DNA of 64,000 nucleotides, from contig JARFYF010000074.1 of the NCBI GenBank assembly GCA_030265395.1, positions 75,673,830 through 75,737,829 of the forward strand, given 5' to 3'. The position numbers and the translations under genes were made by a program. The notes beneath the pieces are model-generated. The model was not told the origin of the DNA. It did no database searches and saw only the letters and a list, made by a program, of their open reading frames with translations. Shown here piece by piece: positions 25,886 to 35,994 of this stretch; position 1 is the first letter of the stretch; every line of letters begins with the position of its first letter. The DNA is from Rhina ancylostomus (lineage: Eukaryota).

Positions 25886-26254
25886 CTTATGGTTGCATTG
25901 AAAAGCATTAGAACAGACCTTCCGGGATGGCTGGTTGTCTGTGCCCTAGACCACACTGTTTCTTGTTGCATGGTCCACAGCACAGTCTGCCACTGGGAGC
26001 CCAATTTCCAGTTAAATCAAATAAAACTTCAACCTAACTTTCTCCCAGCAGCCAACTTCTCCCCAGACTTCAATGGGGGTGGGTCCAATGGGTGGATTTC
26101 CAAATCGATGAACTGGGAAATTGATGGATATTTACATATCCCTGTTGGCAGTCCCCTGAGTGGAGAGCTGTGCTGCAGCCTCTGCTCAGGCATTGCCCGT
26201 TTGGCCGTTATCTGTCGGTGAATGCATCAAAGATCTTGCTGGAAAATTTGCATC

Positions 26255-27400
26255 ATGCAGAATGAAACTGGATGGACGATTCGGCATTGAGCTGCAAAAC
26301 TTCTAGCCCAATTGACCTTGCAAATTCCTCATGTGGAATTTGGAGGGATGGTTGTCAAGGTTATAGAGCACAGAAACAGGTTATTTGGCCCAACTGGTCC
26401 ACGCCAACCAAGATGCCCATCTAAGCCAGCCTTATTTTCCTGCCATTGGCCCATATCCCTCCAAACCTTTCCTGTCCATGTACTTATCCAAATATCTTTC
26501 AAATGTCATTCTTGTACCTGCCTCAACCTCTTCCTCTAGCAGCTCATTCTCCATCCAAACCACCCTCTTGGTGACGAAGCTTCCCCTCGGGTCCCTTTCA
26601 AATCTTTGCGCTCTCACTTTAAACTTATGCTCTCTAGTTTTTGATTCCCTTTTCCTGAGAAGAAGGACTGTGCACACTCACTCCATCCATTGTCTCAAGG
26701 GCAAGTCAAGCCTCAGTCAGAAGTAGTCATTCTCACAAAACGCTACCTTAAAGACAATCATCCACAATCACCACGTGTCCCTCAAGATATGCAGGACAGG
26801 CACACCAGAGGTGACAGCGCAGTGATACACAGGCAGGAGGGAGTCCACCGTGGATGTTGACTCCAAACTTCTTGGCATTAGGTTGACCACGAGAACAGAA
26901 ACCTCTACTGATTATGACTTCGGTCCTTTCTCAGCTGGTAGATCAGCGCTCCTCCACATTGAACAACACTTGGAAGAAACACTGACAGAAGCAAGGATGC
27001 AGGAGGTACCTTGGGCAGGGATTCCACTATCCACCAATGGCTTGGCAGCACCACGACGGACCAAACTGAACAAGTCCACAAGGCCATTGTTGGGTCTGTG
27101 GTGGAAAATGGGCAAACTCGTGACAAATTTGGTCTCGCCTTCACCAGTCTCCCTGTTGCAGATGCTGCTGTCCGTGATACCGTAATACCACACAATCTTT
27201 GTGGAGGCAGAGTGCCATCTTCAGCTTGAGAACACCTTGCATCATATTGTGTGGAACGACAATTGTGCAAAAGACTCAGAGCAGATGTGGCAGATCAAAA
27301 GTAAGCTTCCAGGAGGCAACTGCAGAAATGTACACAACCACTATTGCAGCCTCATGGCCTGTCATGTGCCTGCATTCTAGCATTACCATGAAGCCTTGGA
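26255..27400 (+). mobile_element. LINE family A 5' region and AP-endonuclease remnant
   Basis: VKPQSEVVILTKRYL..QDRHTRGDSAVIH; SALLHIEQHLEETLTEAR; HQWLGSTTTD; LAFTSLPVADAAVRD match APE-domain motifs of CR1-group LINEs. Interrupted by 26360-26690. Confidence 0.75.
26360..26690 (-). mobile_element. CR1 LINE (family B) 3' fragment nested in family A
   Basis: ORF 26432-26677: KTREHKFKVRAQRFERDPRGSFVTKRVV..EAGTRMTFERYLDKYMDRKGLEGYG, followed by a CR1 tail. Confidence 0.9.
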
Positions 27401-27404
27401 ATCA

Positions 27405-27875
27405 AAAGCACAAACTGCAGGTGCTATTGATCTGAAATTGAAATGGAAATCACTGGAAATGGTCAGCAGGTCAGGCAGCATCTGTACAGAGAGACAGCGT
27501 TATGTTTCCAGTCAAAGGCCCTTCCTCAGAACTGGGCAAATTTGAAAACCTGTCATGTTTTCAGCTGCAGCAATGGGTGGTAGGTGGAGAGATTGTGGGA
27601 AATGTCTGTGGCCACGTGGACACTGAGAGAAAATGATTTTGACTGATTGAGGATGTCGAAGACTTGCTGATGGTAGCCATTCTGTCAAGAGGAGCTGGAA
27701 GTGGAGGAGAACAGAAAGCTACAACTGTGAGCTACTGAAATGAAGGAGAATGCAAGGACAGCCCAACAGGTCAGGCAGTGAATGCAGAGAGAATGTGACA
27801 TCAGAACCATCCTTGGGTTTGAAAAGCAAATCACTGAACATGTGGGAAATCTGAAACAAAAACTGGGAAACGTAG
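27405..27875 (-). mobile_element. Penelope-type terminal repeats in partial tandem
   Basis: The unit ctgcaggtgct..tctgaaat..ggtcagcaggtcaggcagcatctg at 27415-27485 partly recurs at 27735-27800 and 27840-27870. Minus-strand hammerhead core at 27495-27535. Confidence 0.7.
27495..27535 (-). ncRNA. Degenerate minimal type I hammerhead ribozyme motif
   Basis: Minus strand reads CAGTT CTGAGGA A GGGCCTTTGACTG GAAA CAT AAC GCTG. CUGANGA and GAAA are intact; stems II and III are decayed. Confidence 0.55.
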
Positions 27876-28129
27876 GCCTGGCCAGCAAGACCCTGATCCC
27901 TCATATAACTTAAGAAAAGGTGGGAAGGGGAGGTTGAGTTTCATTTATTAGATTCATGACAGATCTGCACAAATCCAGTTTCTGCATTCTCGGCTTCTGA
28001 ATTAAGTGAAACATTTGGAAGGGTTATAAATGAAATGGAGGGGGGGGGGAACAAAAGGTTGTGCTGCAGGAATGTAAGATTCATTGAGGGTTCAAAGTTT
28101 CTATCACAAGATTAAAGGAAAGAATTTTG

Positions 28130-28520
28130 ATTTATAGAGTGCTTTTATCAACCTCTGGACTGCCAAATGCACTTCACACCTAATTGAGTTTTAAGTGTAG
28201 TTTTGGTAGGAATGTGGGAAACTTGGCAGCCAGTGTGCACACAGCAGGGCCCCTGAAACAATGATGAGATAATAACTGGATAATGCATCGATAACAATGC
28301 ATAAGGAATAGAGATTGGCGAGGACTTTGGAGATGTTATACCTCCTTGTCTTTGAAATAGTGCCCTTTGATCTATTGCATCCACTTGGGAAAGCAGCAAG
28401 GCCTTGGTTCAAAGCATCGTTCAAAAGATGGTACATCTGAAACACAGCACTCTATCAGTTCTACTGTTCTTTCCACATTGTGAGTTCAAGGGTCTGAAGT
28501 CGGGCATAAACCCACACAGG
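28130..28520 (-). mobile_element. Deu-domain-like SINE
   Basis: aatgtgggaaacttggcagccagtgtgcacacagcag; tctttgaaatagtgccctttgatc; ggccttggttcaaagcatcgttcaaaagatggtac match the reverse of the Deu domain as I recall it. Confidence 0.75.
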
Positions 28521-31500
28521 CAAATGTGCATCCACAGAATCACAGTTGGTAACTCCCTTTATAATTGGATTCAAATTGCTTTAGATTTCGTGAAGTTGTG
28601 GAAGTGGTTACGTGAGACTAGGTTCTTCCTTTTTAATTTATAAATTGTACACAGTCAAAGTAAGATTACAGGGATTATAAATGTGGTAGGTGTCTTTTTG
28701 TGTGTGCGTGCCAATTCTGCTGCATTGAGATGAGGCCACACCTGCACTTCTTTTGTGTTTTAAGTGTTTCTCTCAATTTGTGTCCACACATACACCTCCC
28801 ACACACTCATAATGCTTCCTGCACAGTCTCGGGATAACTTCAGTTCCAATGAATCATGTTGATTCTTGGCCAACGTACCCAATGAAGCTGCAGAACAAAT
28901 GCCATGCTAGCGACCAATCTGTCATCTGTAATGTTGTACACCATTTGATACTCTGCTGCGGCAATTATTCTTAAATTCATTAATGCCACAAAAAAGGCTA
29001 TTTCAACTGAAGTTGGTCTCTGAATGAACCAGACTCTAAACTGGGCAACAATAAACCTGTAAGTATCCACTTTGTATTTGGAGCGTCCCAGAACTGATGA
29101 TAAAGCAATTTTACATTTAATCTTAACCCTATTAATAAGACAGGGTCGGTGAATTCAATTGAACCTGCTCTTTGCTACTTAATCTTTGACATCCGGACTG
29201 ATTGCTCATGGCCTGATTGTTGCAGTTGCTTTCATTGACAAAATCAACACATCAATAAGGTCACAGGCTTTCGATTTCATGGGGGAAAAAAGATGGAATT
29301 ATAGAACATATTGCCCAAAAGCTCCAGAAACTCATGTATGGAAGAGAATCTGACCTGCTCCCAACAAGTTAGCATTGCTGATTATGGAGATGAGTAGCTC
29401 CTTTTTGTATATCATCGGCAAGGCCACTGGTTTTCAGTTTTCACAGAAGAGCTCATTGAATTGCAGAATATGATTTCCCAAAGCACTGATAAAATCCCAG
29501 AATCGCACACAACAAAAATAGAATTCTAGAAGAGAATAGAAAAATAGAACAGACTTATTCAGCCCCTGAAAAGTAATAGCTTCAGCCAAGATTAATCAGG
29601 TTGGTTTCAGGTAGGTGTACTATGGACATAAAGGGCACTGGAAAAATTGCATGCATTAGAGTTAACTGGTATCATTGGCATCAACAATTCAGTCCTCCTC
29701 CATCAAACAGTAATTGAAAATGCCGGTATTGTTTTAATTCTGGCATGGCGAATTTAATCTGGACTGAATAGTACAGTCATTAAGCCACATCAAGTACAAT
29801 TTCTGAGTGCTCACATTTTTAATGAGCTTAACTTCGGTGGTTCCTGATTCTTCTGAAGCCACCTGAGGATCATTTTCAGTCCACATAATCTGACAAAAAT
29901 GGCAAAGGCTAAGGCGAGGGGAGTGGGATAGGGTAGGGGGTGCNNNNNNNNNNNNNNNNNNNNNNNNNNNNNNNTTCCAGCTGCTCACCATTTTAATTGC
30001 TGGGTGGTGATGCCCACGAAGAGCAGGTGGGAACTGAATAGAATCTGAATGATTCTGATTACGTTTTAACCTGGGCCTGGAAGCAAAAGCTGCTGCAGCG
30101 TTCCAATCCACAGAGGTCATACAAGATTTGTGATGCATTTATTTCGGAGGTGGGAAGAGGGGGCCAGGTGGAACAAGCAATAAAGAAAGATGATGAGCTG
30201 TTGGACCAGATTGTACTTCATCCATTCAACACTGTGGCTGTGCTGTTGCCGATGACCTCAGTTCCACCTGTCCTGCTTTGTAGACATGGCCAGAAGTAAC
30301 AATGTGGCCTCTTGACAGTGCAAACTTCAACCCCGCCCCTTGCACCCCAGCAGCCTTTCATAGCCCTGCCTGTTCCTATAAGTGATTTTAAAAATTGAAA
30401 ATGAAAAATAAATTACAGTAATACATTGTATTCAAAATGTATCCAACCTGTTCATTAATTAAAAACATAAATATAGGAAGGAAGAAAAATAAAAATGTTA
30501 ACTGAACTTCCTTTTGAATTGTCAGCAAACAGCTGTGTGAGATGTACCAGTTGTGCTGACAGAAACCTGGGGAGGGGTATCAAGTTTATCTAGTCTCTGG
30601 GCTCATGAGTCACAGAATGACAAGTCCAGGGGCAGATCGGAGCTGGACGAGGCTGGGAGTGGGGTAGGTCAGATGCATTGGCCTATGATCTCCAGTCCAT
30701 CCTGTACTTCCACTCTGCGGTGCACACATAATGTGTTAACGCAAGTACTGCAGTTACCCAGCAACACTCTGGAGGGTTAAATGTTAGCTAGGAACAAAGG
30801 AGAATTTATTTCCCTCCAAAATGGGAAGTAGCACCTCATTTTAAAATTTCACTCAAGAGGCAGCTTTCCCTCCTCTGAAGTGAGGGCAGGTTCTGGGGAG
30901 GGAGTTCTGTGAACAGTATGAGGTTACACATGGAGCAACCCACTTGCCAAAAGTACTCAAAAATCCATTATGTTTTTGATTTGGTTTGAGTGATCCCTTT
31001 TGATAGGAGGGCCATATTATAACCTCACCCTACCTACAGGGCAAGCCTGAACATTTAAGTGAGGCTAATTGCCCAAAGTGAAATACCTCAACTTACTTGT
31101 TGTGTTATCCTTCAACCCACATATTGCTCCCAAATAAAGACACAGCAAAATGCATCATAAACCTAAGATATGTCACATCAGGGTTCCACAGCAGTGAATC
31201 ATTCAAGACTCCAGTAATGTCCACCTTGGATCTTATACACAGCTGTCTGAAGCTTGACTCACGATTTCCTGATGCAGTGCTACCACTGAGCTGATATATT
31301 TTAAGTATTAAGTATGTTGACAACTGAAAATGAATGAATCAGAATGATGAGAAGATCACGTTTGTGATTCTTTGTAAGTGCCTGGATGGACAGTTTTGTA
31401 TCCAAGAGTATCTGAAGCTATCAGGATACTCTGCAGTGAAAGATTCCCTGTGAATAATTAGCCATGTTAGAATTTGCTTTAATGGTCATGGCAAAATCTN

Positions 31501-31599
31501 NNNNNNNNNNNNNNNNNNNNNNNNNNNNNNNNNNNNNNNNNNNNNNNNNNNNNNNNNNNNNNNNNNNNNNNNNNNNNNNNNNNNNNNNNNNNNNNNNNN

Positions 31600-33350
31600 C
31601 AATGACTATCACCCGGTAGCACTCATATCAACTGTAATGAAGTGCTTTGATTATGGCTAGAATTAACACCCGCAAGAGTAAGGACCTGGACCTGCTGCAA
31701 TTTGCCTACCACCACAACAGGTCAATCTCACTGGCTCTCCACTCTGCTTTGGAGCACCTGGACCACAGCAAAATGTGAGTCAGGCTGCTATTTATCGATC
31801 ACAGCTCAGCATTCAACACCATCTTCCCCTCGGTATTAATCAACAAGTTTCAAAACCTGGGTCTCTGTACCTCCCTCTGCAACTGGGGCAGCACGGTAGC
31901 GTAGTGGTTAGCGCGACGCTATTACAGCGCTAGCGATCGGGGTTCGATTCCCATCACTGTCTGTAAGGAGTTTGTACGTTCTCCCGTGTCTCCGTGGGTT
32001 TCCTCCGGGTGCTCTGGTTTCCTCCCACATTCTAAAGACGTACAGGTAGGTTAATTTGGGGTTTAAAAAAAATGAGCAGCATGGACTCATTTGTCCAGAA
32101 TGAGTTGGGCCAGAAGGGCCTATTACCACGCTGTAAATCAAATTTAAAAATTTAAAACTGGATCCTTGACTTCCTTATTGGGAGACAACAGTCAGTGCAG
32201 GTTGGGAACAGCATCTCCTCCTCACTGACAATCAACATAGGCACACCTCAAGGATGCCCACTGCTCTACTCTCTCTACACTTATAACTGTGTGGCCAAGC
32301 ACAGCTCAAACGCCATCTATAAATTTGCTTATGACACTACTGTTGTTGGTAGAATCTCAAATAGCAACAAGGAGGTGTACAGGAGCGAGACACTGTTTGA
32401 GTGGTGTCACAACAACAATCCTGCACTCAGTGTCAGCAAGACCAAGAAATTGATTCTGGACTTCAGGAAGAGGAAGTCAAGAGAACTCACACCCGTCCTC
32501 GTTGAGGGGTCAGCGGTGCAAAGGGTGAGCAGCTCCAGGTTCCTGGGTGTCAACATCTCGGCGATCTATCCTGGGCTCAACATATTGATGTAATCACGAA
32601 GAAGGCACACCTGCAGCTCCACTTCATTAGGAATTTGAGGAGATTCAGTATGTCACCAAAGACTCTTGCAAATTTCTTTTGATATACGGTGGAGAGCATT
32701 CTGACTTGGTTGCATTGCAGCCTAGTATGGAGGCTCCAATGCACATCACATTAATCACAAGAGGCTGCGGAGGGTTGCAGACTCAGCCAACTCCATCTCG
32801 GGCACAGCCCTCCCCACCACTGAGGCCATCTTCAAGAGGCGGTGCCTCAAGAAGGTGGCATCCATTACTAAGGACCTTCACCATCAGGGACATGCCCTCT
32901 TCTCATTACTGTTATTGGGGATAAGGTACAGGATCCTGAAGACCCACACTCAGCAATTTTGGAACAGCTTCTTCCCCTCTGCAGTCAGATTTCTGAATAG
33001 TCCACGAACACTTCCTCATTATTCCTTTTGTTGGCACTATATTTATTTTGTAATTTATAATNNNNNNNNNNNNNNNNNNNNNNNNNNNNNNNNNNNNNNN
33101 NNNNNNNNNNNNNNNNNNNNNNNNNNNNNNNNNNNNNNNNNNNNNNNNNNNNNNNNNNNNNTGGAACAGCTTCTTCCCCTCTGCAGTCAGATTTCTGAAT
33201 AGTCCACGAACACTTCCTCATTATTCCTTTTTTTTGCACTATATTTATTTTGTAATTTATAATAATTTTATGTCTTTGCACTGTACTGCTGCCACAAAAC
33301 AACAAATTTCACGTCATATAAGACAGTGATAATAAACCTGATTCTGATTC
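31600..33350 (+). mobile_element. Rex1/Babar-type LINE, RT region to 3' tail (disabled)
   Basis: NDYHPVALISTVMKCF; [15 protein letters not shown]; LCNWILDFL; GTPQGC; [12 protein letters not shown]; [20 protein letters not shown]. Tail gataataaacctgattctgattc. Confidence 0.92.
31887..32155 (+). mobile_element. Young V-SINE inserted in the Rex1 LINE
   Basis: A-box tagcgtagtgg, B-box ggttcgattcc, V-domain gtgtctccgtgggtttcctccgggtgctctggtttcctcccaca, CR1-like tail. TSD aactgg at 31881-31886 and 32156-32161; removing the SINE restores LCNWILD. Confidence 0.92.
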
Positions 33351-33529
33351 CTGTTTTATGAACACAGTGTGTGAATAAAGGAACATATTTTATTTTGCAG
33401 ATGTTCCAATCCTGGCATTGCTCAGCTGTTACTCCAACAGGTGTCTGCCTCACAGACACAAACTCCACCAAAAACCTGACGTGAGAGGTCTTCGATTTGT
33501 AGTGGACTTTGGTGTGGCTTTATTTTGGA

Positions 33530-33670
33530 GAAGCATAAGGACTTTGGAACTGGAATGGGCCACCTAGCCACTTTAGCCTGCCCCACCATTCAATATGATC
33601 ACTGCTGAACTTGCATTCATTTCCTGATCTGTACTAGTTCCCTGTACCCCTCAATTCCCTGATTTTTCAT
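33530..33670 (-). mobile_element. CR1 3' tail fragment
   Basis: gcctgccccaccattcaatatgatcactgctga...tccctgtacccctcaattccc. Confidence 0.65.
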
Positions 33671-35924
33671 TGTTTGATGAATGATGTACCACAGAAGATG
33701 AGGCATGAACTTTTTATTTTGAGAAAACGTTATGAAATGGTCCTCCAGTCGAAGATATTAGAAGAGCTAAATCTGATCCTTTTCTGGGTTGTGAGGTATT
33801 TTCAGCATTATGGGTTGCTTCTCTTGAAACTCCATAATGTTGACAGAACCTCTTCTCCTGAAACTGCCCTCATTTTAGAGTTGGGTGCTTTTGCACCATC
33901 ATGAGTAAGCTTAATCCATGTGTTTTTTTGTCTTTTTTGATTCCTTTGTGTTGTCTGTTATTTTTNNNNNNNNNNNNNNNNNNNNNNCATGCTTGGCAGA
34001 GTGCACGTCCTTCCAGCTGCCAAAGGAAACAAGATCCCATGATATAGCTAGTTAGTTGGAATACCGGTAGAAGAATTTTCTTCTCAGCTCTGAGTCTCAC
34101 TGCTTTTACCTGTGAACTTCGCCAGGGTAAGAGACTGAAATCATTTTAAATGAATGGCTGTTGCATTGAACCCATGGCACATTTCTTGATTGAAAAATAC
34201 CGTATTCACTTACTTCCATAACTTGCCGTGAGCAATACTTTCTTCTTGGTGTTCAATTATGGCATAACAAATCCAAGAGAATGTGAACACATTTTTCTTG
34301 ATTGTAAATGATGTGATGCTTTAAACATGTTTTATTTACTTCTGAATTCTGATCAGTGTAGCGGGGATTGCAGTGGTTGTTAACTCTGATCATTCTACGG
34401 TGCAGTTGCTGTTGTCCTTGGGTAGCGTTATTCAGCAGTCTGATCAGTGTTGATGAAATCCTTACAGATTTGTTGCCGTGGTGACACATGAGAGGAGGCA
34501 GTGCTCTGATTTGTTTCAGTATCCTTTCCCCTCTCAGTCAGCATGCTCTTGGATGATGAAATACTTTANNNNNNNNNNNNNNNNNNNNNNNNNNNNNNNN
34601 NNNNNNNNNNNNNNNNNNNNNNNNNNNNNNNNNNNNNNNNNNNNNNNNNNNNNNNNNNNNNNNNNNNNTTAAATGAACTACAGCATTGCAAGAGAAGAGT
34701 AGCACCTTTTGTTTTGGCCTGAACCTGTGGACAAGGAAGAATTAAACTGTGCTGAGGCTGTTCAGATTGTATTACTGAAGGATTTTAAAAAACGGACTTC
34801 ATCCCGGCCCTTTGAAGGAGAGCGACTGTTGGGGATAGGGCAGACTGATTGCTGAAAATAGCTCGATTGCTTCATGAGATCATAACAGTGGTATATTGTG
34901 AAAGGAAAAGAAAATAAACTTCACTCCATCAGAACTTAAAGTGATCAAGTCTGAAGAATGAAGACAGAAGCCATTGAAGCACACCATTGAAATGCCTCCC
35001 ACATGAACCAGCCTTCATTATTAACTCTCCATGTCATAACAAAAATCAATAGGAACTCTGCGGGAAAGGCATGCAACATCTTCAATTAATTCTAAACTTG
35101 TAATTTAATAAAATCACTGAAAGCATTTGAACAATCACATTTTTAAGTTCAGCTTTGGACAAAAAGGAAAAGGTAAGACTACATTTTGTGCTATTTGGTT
35201 TTGATTTGCTCTGATCCTTCTGTTCATGTCCTGATAAATGGGCCTCCTCATTGGTTTTGTAATTAATGTTGACAGGTCATTCTGAAAGAAATGGATACTG
35301 TGTATTTGTCTTAAATTCTATTTCATTGTTGAAACCAAAACCTCAACAGAAAGAAAACAAGCATTGAATTGTCAGTTAATATTGTCTCTTTGTGCCTTAA
35401 TGATGTGGCCGATTAAATCACGTAAGCAATCAAGTACAGTATGCACTTAAATGTGTTAAGTTTTCATATTATGTTTGGTGTTGCAGATCAGAATCCCACC
35501 AGGTGAAATGGTTTTCAGTTTACTCTGATCACAGATGTTTCTTGATTGAGCTCAGATGGATTCCGAAGCGTTTATTGTGCAAGATAGTGTTCGATAACAA
35601 TCAGAGGCAGAATGAACAGAGCAGGTCAATTTGGTTCTGAGGTGTTTAAGAACAGCTCTTTTATTGAACTAAAAAATGGGTACAAAAAAGTGGAGGGCTT
35701 TGCACTTATAAATTAATTTAGCTTCACAGCAGCAGCATTGCTCTGTTCCACACTCTGTTCCAAGAGGAAATGCTTCTTCAGAAAGTAGCAATTTTTGTGA
35801 ACTATGTCAGGGTTGATTTTTACTGGACTTAGAAACCTAAACACTCTCACCAGTTAAGTTTTCCCTTGATGGCAACAGAATTCCTTCCNNNNNNNNNNTC
35901 CATTTATTTGACATCTTTTACAAA

Positions 35925-35994
35925 GATATACATAAATATGTGTGATATACATATATCACATCTGTATATGTGATATGTGTGTGTGTGTGTGTGT
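35925..35994. repeat. AT/TG low-complexity tract with a (TG)n microsatellite
   Basis: gatatacataaatatgtgtgatatacatatatcacat...tgtgtgtgtgtgtgtgtgt. Confidence 0.85.

Noticed and set aside
28826-29065. Plus-strand acceptor/donor pair (cctgcacag| ... |gtaagt)
   Set aside because: The frames I translated contain stops and there is no recognisable peptide; at most non-coding.
29940-30800. Possible Harbinger-type non-autonomous elements (also ~14290-14510, 26040-26250, 47740-49010)
   Set aside because: Composition is suggestive, but I could not define paired TIRs or TSDs.
31887-31965. tRNA-like sequence with A and B boxes (also 44416-44490)
   Set aside because: It is a SINE head continuing into the V-domain, without a proper acceptor stem; not a tRNA gene.
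32195-32593. 132-aa RT-like ORF as a functional gene
   Set aside because: Part of a disrupted Rex1 copy: the catalytic FADD motif reads FAYD, there are frameshifts, and a SINE is inserted upstream.
34305-34460. Repeated tctgatca and C/D-box-like words suggesting a snoRNA
   Set aside because: No canonical RUGAUGA paired with a terminal stem, and no recognisable rRNA antisense element.
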